NCBI GenBank assembly: GCA_903789495.1
Contig: CAIFEQ010000007.1
Coordinates: 2,414 to 66,413, forward strand
Origin: an uncultured Erysipelotrichaceae bacterium
GTDB lineage: Bacteria > Bacillota_I > Bacilli_A > Erysipelotrichales > Erysipelotrichaceae
DNA length: 64,000 bases
Direction: 5' to 3'
How positions within the stretch are numbered: position 1 is the stretch's first letter; each line of letters begins with the position of its first letter. The notes under the pieces are model-generated. The model ran no database searches and was not told the DNA's origin. It saw nothing but the letters and a program-made list of their open reading frames with translations. A program made the position numbers and the translations under genes. Positions 43,627-51,804 of this stretch are shown one piece after another.

Positions 43627-44262
43627 ATGTCTGGACATGAAGTGCGCATCATGCCTTACAATGAAGGCGTGTCGGAAGGAACCATCCAGATCATCGCAGA
43701 AAAGCTGAGAGAGACCGCATCCCGGGAGGGCAGCTGCATGGCGGCGATTGACGGCCGCTGTGCCTCGGGCAAGACGACGCTGGCCGGACAGCTGGGGCAG
43801 ATGCTGCACTGTCCGGTGTTTCATCTGGATGATTACTTCCTGCAGCCGTATCAGCGCACCGCCGGACGCTATGGCACCCCGGGCGAGAATGTCGACTGGG
43901 AGCGGTTTGAGCAGGAAGTCCTGCGGCCCTGGTCCGTTCACCAGGACGCGCAGGTCCGCCGCTTTGACTGCGAAACCATGTGTCTGGAGGATGCTGTACA
44001 GCGGGTTCCCTGGCAGCGGATCATGATTGCGGAAGGCTCCTACAGCCTCAACACGCATCTGCGGGACTACTACAACTGCCGGATCTTCCTGACCGTGGAT
44101 CCGGAAGAACAGCTGCGCCGGCTCAGGCAGCGCAATCCTGCCAAACTGGAAAAGTTCCGCACGCTCTGGATCCCGCTGGAAGAGCAGTACTTCACCGCCT
44201 GCCATGTGCAGGAACGATGCGACATCGTGCTGGACACAACACACTCTCAGAAACGGAGGTAA
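43627..44262 (+). CDS. P-loop NTPase, uridine-kinase-like
   Basis: AAIDGRCASGKTTLAGQL Walker A, then LDDYF. Start is ambiguous (ATG 43627 or 43651). Confidence 0.7.
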   Translation: MSGHEVRIMPYNEGVSEGTIQIIAEKLRETASREGSCMAAIDGRCASGKTTLAGQLGQMLHCPVFHLDDYFLQPYQRTAGRYGTPGENVDWERFEQEVLRPWSVHQDAQVRRFDCETMCLEDAVQRVPWQRIMIAEGSYSLNTHLRDYYNCRIFLTVDPEEQLRRLRQRNPAKLEKFRTLWIPLEEQYFTACHVQERCDIVLDTTHSQKRR

Positions 44263-44263
44263 T

Positions 44264-45385
44264 ATGGAAAAGTTTACGGAAAACGTACAGAAATTCGGCT
44301 TCGGACTGATGCGTCTGCCCCGTCTTGCGGACGGGACCATTGATGTGGATCAGACGGCGGAAATGGCAGACCGCTTTCTGGCCGCCGGCATGAACTATTT
44401 CGACACGGCCTACGTTTATGAAGGCAGTGAAGAAGCCATCCGCAAGGCTCTGGTCGAGCGGGTGCCGCGGGATAAGTTCTACCTGACATCCAAACTGAAT
44501 GTCACCACCAATGATGCCAAGGATGCGGCCAGTGCCCGGCAGGAGTTCTACACCAGCCTGGAACGCACCGGCGCGAAGTATCTGGATTTCTATCTCCTGC
44601 ATGCCATGAACAAGGAGAACTACAGCAAGTTCACCGAATGGGACATCTTCTCCTTCGTGAAAGAACTGAAGGAGAAGGGGCTGATCCGTCATTATGGCTT
44701 CTCCTTCCATGATGACCCGGAGACCCTGGACCGGATTCTGACCGAACATCCGGATCTGGAGTTTGTGCAGCTGCAGATCAACTACATCGACTGGGAGTCG
44801 CCTTCGGTACAGTCCAGAGCCTGTCATGAAGTTGCCGTGAAGCACGACAAGCCCATTGTCATCATGGAACCGATCAAGGGCGGCATGCTGGCCAGCCCGC
44901 CGCAGCAGGTCGTGGACCTGATGAAGCAGGCTGATCCGGATGCTTCGCCGGCTTCCTGGGCCCTGCGGTTTGCGGCCAGCCTGAAAAATGTCATGGTCGT
45001 GCTGTCCGGCATGTCTTCTCTGGAACAGATGGAAGAGAACCTGAAGACCATGAAGGACTTCCAGCCGCTGAGCGAGGCGGAACAGCAGGTCATTGTCAAG
45101 GCGCGGGAAACGATCAATGCCATCCCGCAGATCCCCTGCACCGGCTGCCGCTACTGCGTCAAGGACTGCCCGAAACACATCAGCATTCCGCGCGTCTTTG
45201 AGGCCATGAACAAGATTCTGGTCTACAACAACCGCGAACAGGCCGAGCGGACCTTCGGCTTTGCGGTGGAAGACGGCGGCAAACCTTCGGAGTGCATCCA
45301 CTGCGGCAGCTGTGAGCGCAACTGCCCGCAGCACATTCAGATCCGCAGCTGGCTGGAAAAGGCCGCTGCCGAATTCGAAAAGTAA
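44264..45385 (+). CDS. Aldo/keto reductase with a C-terminal 2x[4Fe-4S] ferredoxin-like domain
   Basis: FGFGLMRLP, NYFDTAYVYEGSEE, then CTGCRYCVKDCP and CIHCGSCERNCP. SD GGAGG before ATG 44264. Confidence 0.88.
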   Translation: MEKFTENVQKFGFGLMRLPRLADGTIDVDQTAEMADRFLAAGMNYFDTAYVYEGSEEAIRKALVERVPRDKFYLTSKLNVTTNDAKDAASARQEFYTSLERTGAKYLDFYLLHAMNKENYSKFTEWDIFSFVKELKEKGLIRHYGFSFHDDPETLDRILTEHPDLEFVQLQINYIDWESPSVQSRACHEVAVKHDKPIVIMEPIKGGMLASPPQQVVDLMKQADPDASPASWALRFAASLKNVMVVLSGMSSLEQMEENLKTMKDFQPLSEAEQQVIVKARETINAIPQIPCTGCRYCVKDCPKHISIPRVFEAMNKILVYNNREQAERTFGFAVEDGGKPSECIHCGSCERNCPQHIQIRSWLEKAAAEFEK

Positions 45386-45400
45386 TCTGCCTGTGATCCT

Positions 45401-45424
45401 GACCCGGCTTCTGCCGGGTCTTTT
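45401..45424 (+). terminator. Intrinsic terminator after the AKR gene
   Basis: GACCCGGC-ttct-GCCGGGTC followed by TTTT. Confidence 0.8.
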
Positions 45425-45457
45425 CTATCCTTTGTCTCTGCCTGAACGTTCTGTACC

Positions 45458-45466
45458 TGATAGAAT
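45458..45466 (+). promoter_or_regulatory. Extended -10 (TGATAGAAT) for the HD-domain gene
   Basis: TGATAGAAT, then SD AAAGGAAGG, then ATG 45494. Confidence 0.45.
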
Positions 45467-45493
45467 GGGAATACCGAAAGGAAGGCAGCGAGC

Positions 45494-46094
45494 ATGGAAA
45501 CTTCGAATTTTTTTTGCGCTGATCTCCCGGCTGAAATACATTGACCGCTGGGCCCTGATGCGCTCTTCCCGCAAGGAGAACCTCAGTGAACATTCGCTGG
45601 AGACGGCGGTGATTGCACATGCCCTGTGCACGATTGCCAATGTCCGCTATGGAGAACATCTGGATGCCGACCGGGCGGCGGCCATGGGCCTGTTTCACGA
45701 TGCCGGAGAGATCATCACCGGCGATATGCCCACCCCGGTGAAGTACCGGGACAGCGGCATGCGGGATTCCTACCACCGGGTTGAGGACGAGGCCCGGAAA
45801 CAGCTGCTGGAACAGCTGCCGGAAGATCTGCGGCCCAGCTATGCCGCCCTGCTGGATGAAGACAGTGATCCGCAGCTGTACCGCTATGTCAAGGCGGCAG
45901 ACAAGGTGTCCGCCTACATCAAGTGTCTGGAAGAGGAGAATGCCGGCAGTCAGGATTTCCGCAATGCCCAGAAGAGCACCCTGGAGACGCTGCAGAAGAT
46001 GGCAGAAACCATGCCGGCCCTGCAGGATTTTCTGCAGGAGTTCCTGCCGGCCTACGGGCATACCCTCGATGAGCTGCTGCAGGACGGACAATAA
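45494..46094 (+). pseudogene. yfbR: YfbR-like HD-domain 5'-deoxynucleotidase, interrupted by a +1 nt frameshift in a T8 run 5 codons after the start
   Basis: ATG 45494 behind a good SD gives METSNFF, then runs out of frame. Removing one T from T8 (45508-45515) restores METSNFFALISRLKYIDRWALMR..ENLSEHSLE..HDAGEIITGD, which parallels E. coli YfbR MKQSHFFAHLSRLKLINRW. Confidence 0.75.
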
Positions 46095-46113
46095 ACCGAT
46101 CCGGATCAGAAGT

Positions 46114-46145
46114 AAAAGAGGCAGGGCCGTGCGGGCCCTGCCTCC
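46114..46145. terminator. Hairpin terminator, with the T-run on the minus strand after the permease gene
   Basis: GAGGCAGGGCC-gtgcg-GGCCCTGCCTC, flanked by AAAA on the plus strand. Confidence 0.75.
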
Positions 46146-46160
46146 TTGAGAAACGCTGTT

Positions 46161-47510
46161 TCAGTTCTGCACTTCTTCTTTGTGACCCAGAATCTTGTTG
46201 ACGATGATGCCCAGGATCAGCGAGCAGGCAACGCTGGTGATCGTCACCTTGCCGAAGGTCAGGGACAGACCGCCGATGCCGGCAATCAGGATGGCCGAGA
46301 CCACGAACAGGTTGCGGTTGTCATCCAGGTTGACCTTCTGGACCATCTTCAGGCCGCTGACGGCGATGAATCCGTACAGGGCCATGCACACGCCGCCCAT
46401 GACACAGTCCGGAATCGAACTGATGAAGGCAATCAGCGGGGAGAAGAAGGAGATGATGATGCACTCGATGGCCGCCGTGAAGATGGTGGAGACCGAGGCA
46501 TTGCCGGTGATGGCGACGCACGCAATGGATTCGCCATACGTGGTGTTCGGGCAGCCGCCGAAGAAGGCACCGATGATCGAGCCGACGCCGTCACCCAGCA
46601 GGGTGTTGCTTAAGCCCGGATCCGTCAGCAGGTCGCGTTCAATGATCGAAGAGATGTTCTTGTGGTCGGCGATATGCTCGGCAAAGACCACGAAGGCCAC
46701 CGGGACATAGGCCACTGCCACCGTACCCAGATACGCCGCATCCACATCACCTAGACCCTTCGCCGCCTCCAGGAAGGTGAAGTCCGGGACTGAGATGAAG
46801 GTGCTCAGCGTGACGCCGTTGGCCCAGAGTTCCGTGATCGGGCTGAAGTCGACAATCTGCAGGGCGGTATTGCCGGTCGCAAAGCCGATGGCGGTGAAGA
46901 TGGCGGCGACGGCATAGCCGGCCAGGATGCCCAGAATGAAGGGGACCAGGCGGGTCATGCCCTTGCCGTAGGTGCTGCAGATCATGACCGTGATCAGTGC
47001 GATCAGGCCGCAGAGAATGGCGATCTGGGTCCGCTCCCCTGTGACGCTGGAGGTCTGCAGGTTGGTGGCTGCACTGCCTGCCAGGGAAAGACCGATGATG
47101 GAAACAGTCGGTCCGATGACGACCGGCGGCATCAGCCGGTCAATCCAGCTGACCCCGAAGCGGCGGATGACAGCGGAGATCACCACATAGACCAGACCGG
47201 CGCACAGGGCACCGAAGATCAGACCTACATAGCCGCCATAGACGGTGACGGCACCGGCAAAGGCTGCGCTCATCGAGCCGATGAAGGCAAAAGAAGAGCC
47301 CAGGAACACCGGGCTCTTTTTCTTGGTGAAGAAGATATAGGTAAGTGTACCCATCCCGGCGCCGAAAATCGCCGCTGCGGTACTCATTCCGTTGCCGATA
47401 ATCAGCGGAACAGCGATCGTAGCGGCCATGATTGCCAATACCTGCTGGAAAGCGAAGACAATCCGTTTTGAGAGAACCGGTCTGTCTTCTACATCGTAAG
47501 TCAGCTTCAT
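46161..47510 (-). CDS. NCS2-family nucleobase (uracil/xanthine) permease
   Basis: RIVFAFQQVLAIMAATIAVPLIIG, FLGSSFAFIG, GESIACVAITG. Confidence 0.88.
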   Translation of the reverse strand: MKLTYDVEDRPVLSKRIVFAFQQVLAIMAATIAVPLIIGNGMSTAAAIFGAGMGTLTYIFFTKKKSPVFLGSSFAFIGSMSAAFAGAVTVYGGYVGLIFGALCAGLVYVVISAVIRRFGVSWIDRLMPPVVIGPTVSIIGLSLAGSAATNLQTSSVTGERTQIAILCGLIALITVMICSTYGKGMTRLVPFILGILAGYAVAAIFTAIGFATGNTALQIVDFSPITELWANGVTLSTFISVPDFTFLEAAKGLGDVDAAYLGTVAVAYVPVAFVVFAEHIADHKNISSIIERDLLTDPGLSNTLLGDGVGSIIGAFFGGCPNTTYGESIACVAITGNASVSTIFTAAIECIIISFFSPLIAFISSIPDCVMGGVCMALYGFIAVSGLKMVQKVNLDDNRNLFVVSAILIAGIGGLSLTFGKVTITSVACSLILGIIVNKILGHKEEVQN

Positions 47511-47535
47511 TCAGTTTCCTCCCTTTTGATTCACG

Positions 47536-47564
47536 ATTGTAACCAATCCTGAATCGGTTGTAAA
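47536..47564 (-). promoter_or_regulatory. Sigma-70-type promoter TTTACA-17 nt-TACAAT for the permease gene
   Basis: The minus strand reads TTTACAaccgattcaggattggtTACAAT. A short leader with SD GGGAGG follows. Confidence 0.6.
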
Positions 47565-47616
47565 CAGATTTTTTAAGAAGTTTTTCAGTGGGAAAAATAT
47601 GGCAGAATAAGGCTGT

Positions 47617-48564
47617 ATGAACCACAGCGGGGAACGTTATCTTGCCTTCCCGGCCTGGTGCCGGGCGCACTATGGAAGGCGTCTGTACCGCGTCAGTCTG
47701 GATGCCGGCATGACCTGTCCCAACCGCGACGGCACCCTGGGGACCAGGGGCTGTATCTTCTGCGATGCCGGGGGCAGCGGGGACTTTGCCATTGCCTACC
47801 ACGGTCAGCCGATCGGGGAGCAGGATCTGATCGGCCATGTGCCGGCAGACATCCGGGGCAATGCCATTGCCTACTTCCAGGCCTACACCAATACGTATGC
47901 ACCGGTGCCGGTGCTGCGCAGGCTCTATGAGTGTGCCCTGCAGGATGATTTCTTTGCCGGTATTTCCATCGCGACCCGGCCCGACTGCCTGCCGCAGCCG
48001 GTTCTGGATCTGCTGCAGGAACTCAAAACCGCCTGGCCGCAGAAATTCATCTGGGTGGAACTGGGCCTGCAGAGCGTCAAGGAAGAGAGTGCCCGCTGGA
48101 TGCGCCGGGGCTATGAACTGCCGGTCTACAGCCAGGCCGTCCAGGCTCTGCATGCCCGGGAGATTCCGGTGATCGTGCATGTGATCTTCGGCCTGCCGGG
48201 TGAAAGCCGGGAAGACATGCTGGCAGACATCCGCTTTCTGAACCGGGATCCCGTGTCCGGCATCAAGATCCAGCTGCTGCAGATCCTGGATCATACGGAT
48301 CTGGCAGAGCTCTGGCGGCAGGGCAGCATTCCGGTCTTGACACAGGAAGAATATGTGGATATCGTCAGCGAGGCCCTGGGCTGGCTGCGCAGCGATATCG
48401 CGGTGCACCGGCTGACCGGCGACGGCCCGGCAGAGCTTCTGCTGGCGCCGCTCTGGAGCCGGAACAAGCATGCGGTGCTGAATGCCATCCGGCATGCACT
48501 GAAGGAAAAGAACATCCGGCAGGGCTGCTACCTGAAAGGAGAAACCCATGAGCAATCTTCTTGA
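47617..48564 (+). CDS. TIGR01212-type radical SAM protein (YhcC-like)
   Basis: GMTCPNRDGTLGTRGCIFCD cluster motif, VELGLQS, HVIFGLPGE. Confidence 0.85.
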   Translation: MNHSGERYLAFPAWCRAHYGRRLYRVSLDAGMTCPNRDGTLGTRGCIFCDAGGSGDFAIAYHGQPIGEQDLIGHVPADIRGNAIAYFQAYTNTYAPVPVLRRLYECALQDDFFAGISIATRPDCLPQPVLDLLQELKTAWPQKFIWVELGLQSVKEESARWMRRGYELPVYSQAVQALHAREIPVIVHVIFGLPGESREDMLADIRFLNRDPVSGIKIQLLQILDHTDLAELWRQGSIPVLTQEEYVDIVSEALGWLRSDIAVHRLTGDGPAELLLAPLWSRNKHAVLNAIRHALKEKNIRQGCYLKGETHEQSS

Positions 48565-49693
48565 TTACGTGAAGTGGCGCGGCGATCTCAGCCTGGACGA
48601 GCGGCCGCTTGATATTCTCGACCAGCTGGTGCTGTGTGAGCTGAGCTACCTGGATCTGGACCCGGTGGAAGAAAGCATCGGAGTCAGCGGCAGAACCCTG
48701 CAGGCATGTTATGAAGAGATCAGAAAACAGAACCGCTATGACCTGCTGACCACCGATGGCGGCCATCAGGATTTTGTCGAGGCCTGCGCTGCAAGCAGGC
48801 GCTTCGGCACGCTGGTGCTGGACCATTATGTCCATGAAACCGATCCGGAACTGAACATCCAGTTTGCGGCACTGTGCTTCCGGCTGGGCGTGGATCTGGA
48901 CTACATCGCCTACCGGGGCACGGACAGGACGATTGTCGGCTGGAAGGAAGATTTCATGATGAGCTTCACCACCGTCCCCTCGCAGACCAAAGCCGTACAG
49001 TATCTGCAGGAAACCATGCAGGCAGGCCGAAAGGCCTGGGTAGGCGGTCACTCCAAGGGCGGCAATCTGGCGGTCTATGCCTGTGCCCTGAACCCGGATC
49101 TGCAGGAGCGGATCGCCGGCATCGGCTTCTTTGACGGCCCGGGCTTCTGCACGGATCTGATGGACCTGTCGCTGCTGGAGCCGATCCGGGAGCGGATCAT
49201 CAGGATCGTGCCGGCCTATGACATCATCGGACAGATCTTTGCCTTTGACGTACCGGATACCCGGATCGTGCGCTCGGATGCCCGCGGCATTCTCCAGCAT
49301 GATCTGATGAGCTGGCAGCTGGACGGGCCGCAGCTGGTGCTGGAAAAAGATTATGCGGAAAGCGGCCGCGTGGCCAGTGGCATCCTTTCACAGTGGGTGG
49401 CCCGGCTGTCGCCGGAAGACCGCACGGCCTTTGTGAATGAGTACTTCGATGCCTTTGCGGCTAACGGGGCGGTCAGCTTTGACGAGATCCGGGGCAGGGA
49501 TTACGGCCGGCTGCTCAGCGAAATGCTGTCGGTCAGTCCGGAAGCCCGGGACAGTGCACTGCTGCTGCCGAAGACCGCCGTTGAGGAACTGTTCCGTCAG
49601 GCCGGAGATCTTTTTTCCGCCGTCCGGACCCTGCCGCAGGCCCAGGTCCGGGAGCTGTTTGAGCGCTATCGGAACCGCACCGAAAAGGAGTGA
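48548..49693 (+). CDS. Mbeg1-like / DUF2974 alpha/beta-hydrolase (lipase-like) protein
   Basis: MSNLLDYVKWRGDLSL...LCELSYLD, AYRGTDRTIVGWKEDF, GGHSKGGNLAVYA (GxSxG). Overlaps the radical SAM gene by 17 nt. Confidence 0.75.
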   Translation: MSNLLDYVKWRGDLSLDERPLDILDQLVLCELSYLDLDPVEESIGVSGRTLQACYEEIRKQNRYDLLTTDGGHQDFVEACAASRRFGTLVLDHYVHETDPELNIQFAALCFRLGVDLDYIAYRGTDRTIVGWKEDFMMSFTTVPSQTKAVQYLQETMQAGRKAWVGGHSKGGNLAVYACALNPDLQERIAGIGFFDGPGFCTDLMDLSLLEPIRERIIRIVPAYDIIGQIFAFDVPDTRIVRSDARGILQHDLMSWQLDGPQLVLEKDYAESGRVASGILSQWVARLSPEDRTAFVNEYFDAFAANGAVSFDEIRGRDYGRLLSEMLSVSPEARDSALLLPKTAVEELFRQAGDLFSAVRTLPQAQVRELFERYRNRTEKE

Positions 49694-49760
49694 AAGAGGT
49701 TTCATTCGGGCAGGCAAACCCTTATAATGGAAAACAGCGTAAACGAGTGGGGAGAGCTTT

Positions 49761-50411
49761 ATGAATACGTATACTTTCATCTGCGAGATCATCGGGACCA
49801 TCGCTTTCAGCGTGTCCGGTGCTCTGAAGGGACTCCAGCATGAGGATGACATCTTCGGCTGTACCCTGCTGGGCATTGTCACAGCCTGCTGCGGAGGCAT
49901 GATCCGGGATGTGACGATCGGCCGGATTCCGCCGGGATCCTTCGTGGATCCTTCCTACATCACCGTTGCGGCTGCCACCACGATCGTGGTCTTCCTCATT
50001 GCCAAGAAACGGGAGAAGGACGGCAAGGTCATGAGCCAGACTTCCTACGCCGACATCCTGTTTGTCATGGATTCCATCGGGCTGGGCATCTTCGCCTCGA
50101 TCGGCGTGTATGTGGCCTATCAGATCTACGGCGCCGACAACGGTCTCCTGCTGACCTTCTGCGGCCTGATCACAGGCGTCGGCGGCGGGATGATCCGCGA
50201 TGTGCTGGTCAATGTCCAGCCGGATGTGCTGGTCAAGGATGTCTATGCCGTAGCCGCCCTGATCGGCGCCTATATCGGCGTCTGGCTGTACCGTCTGAAT
50301 CAGCCCGTCCTGGCCATGTGGCTGCCGGTGGTGTGTGTCTTCCTGATCCGGCTCTACGTCTACCGGCACCATGTGAACCTGCCCAAGGTCACCCATTTCC
50401 CCAATCAGTAA
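49761..50411 (+). CDS. Trimeric intracellular cation channel-like (UPF0126/YadS) membrane protein
   Basis: Duplicated motif GTIAFSVSGA...CCGGMIRDV and ...GVGGGMIRDV. Confidence 0.85.
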   Translation: MNTYTFICEIIGTIAFSVSGALKGLQHEDDIFGCTLLGIVTACCGGMIRDVTIGRIPPGSFVDPSYITVAAATTIVVFLIAKKREKDGKVMSQTSYADILFVMDSIGLGIFASIGVYVAYQIYGADNGLLLTFCGLITGVGGGMIRDVLVNVQPDVLVKDVYAVAALIGAYIGVWLYRLNQPVLAMWLPVVCVFLIRLYVYRHHVNLPKVTHFPNQ

Positions 50412-50421
50412 TCCCATACAG

Positions 50422-50461
50422 AAAAAACACGCCAGCTCAGCCGGACTGGCGTGTCTTTTTT
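50422..50461. terminator. Bidirectional intrinsic terminator
   Basis: AAAAAA-CACGCCAG-ctcagccgga-CTGGCGTG-tc-TTTTTT. Confidence 0.85.
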
Positions 50462-50475
50462 CAGAGCAGGATGAC

Positions 50476-50942
50476 TCAGGAGACGCTGGTGAGCTTGCCG
50501 GTCATGTGCTCGATCTGCAGCTCCAGCACCCGGACCAGCTCTTTCTTGGTCTTCAGATCTTCCTCGACCAGATCGGCCGGGTTATGCTTCAGACCCGGCA
50601 GGCGCAGTTTTGCCAGGGCCTCGTTCTGATCTTCGATCTCCCGGCTCCGTCCGAAGAGAATGACGCTTCTGACATTCCAGCCCCATTTATCCGCTCTCAG
50701 ATACCCCTGATCCATGATGGTCATGCACACCCTGTCATCCTGACGCAGGCTGTCCAGCTTGTGGCCTTCCCGGGCACAGGGATAATGGACCCTGCCATCC
50801 AGGTACAGGAAACGCATCAGCCCCCGCAGGGATAGCCGTCCTCCCCGTGCAGAGACAGCACGCAGCGCTGCTCCTGCTGCAGAATGGCAACGCATTCTGC
50901 CTCCGAGGGCTGCTGTCCGCAACGACGCATTTTCCGGAACAT
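50476..50942 (-). pseudogene. Pyridoxamine 5'-phosphate oxidase-family (FMN-binding split barrel) protein, interrupted by a 1-nt frameshift in a G5 run
   Basis: ATG 50942 gives MFRKMRRCGQQPSEAECVAILQQEQRCVLSLHGEDGYPCGG then a stop. The rest (LMRFLYLDGRVHYPCAREGHKLDSLRQDDRVCMTIMDQG...) continues in another frame. One extra G in the run at 50821-50825 (C5 on the plus strand) joins them. Confidence 0.75.
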
Positions 50943-51120
50943 AACCCTGCAAACTCCCTTCCGGGTTCCTCACAGCAGAGCCCGGCCTGCCAGGATCCGG
51001 GAGTCCCATAATTGCCCATAATGTTTTGATGCTTTGACGACAGTCGGCCGATAGAATACTCCTGTACCCGGCGGTAAGCCAGGGACAGCCGAAAGGCGAT
51101 AACCACTCTCCTCGAACTTG

Positions 51121-51149
51121 CGGGAAAGCCCTTTACAAAAGGGTTTTTT
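51121..51149 (+). terminator. Intrinsic terminator with a competing upstream hairpin, in the 5' leader of the 51153 operon
   Basis: CCCTTT-aca-AAAGGG followed by TTTTTT at 51129-51149. The alternative CGGG-aaag-CCC (51121-51131) shares the CCC. The AAAGGG arm is also the only SD-like element before ATG 51153. Confidence 0.5.
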
Positions 51150-51152
51150 CGT

Positions 51153-51791
51153 ATGCACAGTGGTTGCCAATCCATTGATTCCGGGTACAATGTGTTTCGG
51201 ATGAGAACGGAGGACTTTTTTCCCAGGATTCAGAAGGACGGGAAGGTCTGCTACGGGGGCTGCCAGGAGTGGTATGAACAGCAGTGGGCCCGCTGGGCAG
51301 GCTGTGCCTCTGTGGCCGGGGCCAATGAAGCGGCCTTCTATGATGCCCGCTTCGGCGGTCTGAAGCCCGAGTTTTCCTATGCACAGTTCCTGGCCCGCAT
51401 GAAGGAGATGTACCACTACATGGCACCCGGCGTGCATGGCTTTCCCAATCCCTACCGCTTCGTGGAGCGTTTCGAGCAGTACGAAGCGGATCACGGGCAT
51501 GTCTGCCAGGGAAAGGTCTACAGCGACTGGTCAGACTGGCGGCAGGCCTATGCCTTTGTCTGCCAGACCCTGCAGGGTCTGAATCTGCCGGTGATGCTGG
51601 TGCTGCGGCATACCGCCCCGGCCATTCAGGAGGACACCTGGCACTGGATGAGCCTTCCGGCCGTCCAGGAAGAGGAGAGGACGTTTTCCGTCTCCAGCTA
51701 TGCCGAAAAAGAGACTTATCAGGCAGAGGAAATCTTTGCCCCGCTGAAGGGCAATCAGGTCTATCTGCTTTCGTTTGCGTTCACGGAGTGA
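51153..51791 (+). CDS. Hypothetical protein (Cys/Trp-rich, no family recognised)
   Basis: MHSGCQSIDSGYNVFRMRTEDFFPRIQKDGKVCYGGCQEWYEQQWARWAGCASVAGANEAAFY... Coding-like GC3 bias. First gene of a tightly spaced operon; alternative start at ATG 51201. Confidence 0.6.
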   Translation: MHSGCQSIDSGYNVFRMRTEDFFPRIQKDGKVCYGGCQEWYEQQWARWAGCASVAGANEAAFYDARFGGLKPEFSYAQFLARMKEMYHYMAPGVHGFPNPYRFVERFEQYEADHGHVCQGKVYSDWSDWRQAYAFVCQTLQGLNLPVMLVLRHTAPAIQEDTWHWMSLPAVQEEERTFSVSSYAEKETYQAEEIFAPLKGNQVYLLSFAFTE

Positions 51792-51804
51792 AGAGAGGAA
51801 CTTC

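Noticed and set aside
51064-51100. Partial resemblance of GUACCCGGCGGUAAGCCAGGGACAG to the guanidine-III (ykkC-III) or guanidine-I riboswitch cores.
   Set aside because: Only short stretches (ACCCGG, CAGGGACA) resemble these cores. The flanking conserved elements I recall (CCGGACGAGG for class III, GGUCCGAGAG/CUAGGGUUCCG for class I) are absent, and the downstream genes are not guanidine-related transporters or carboxylases.
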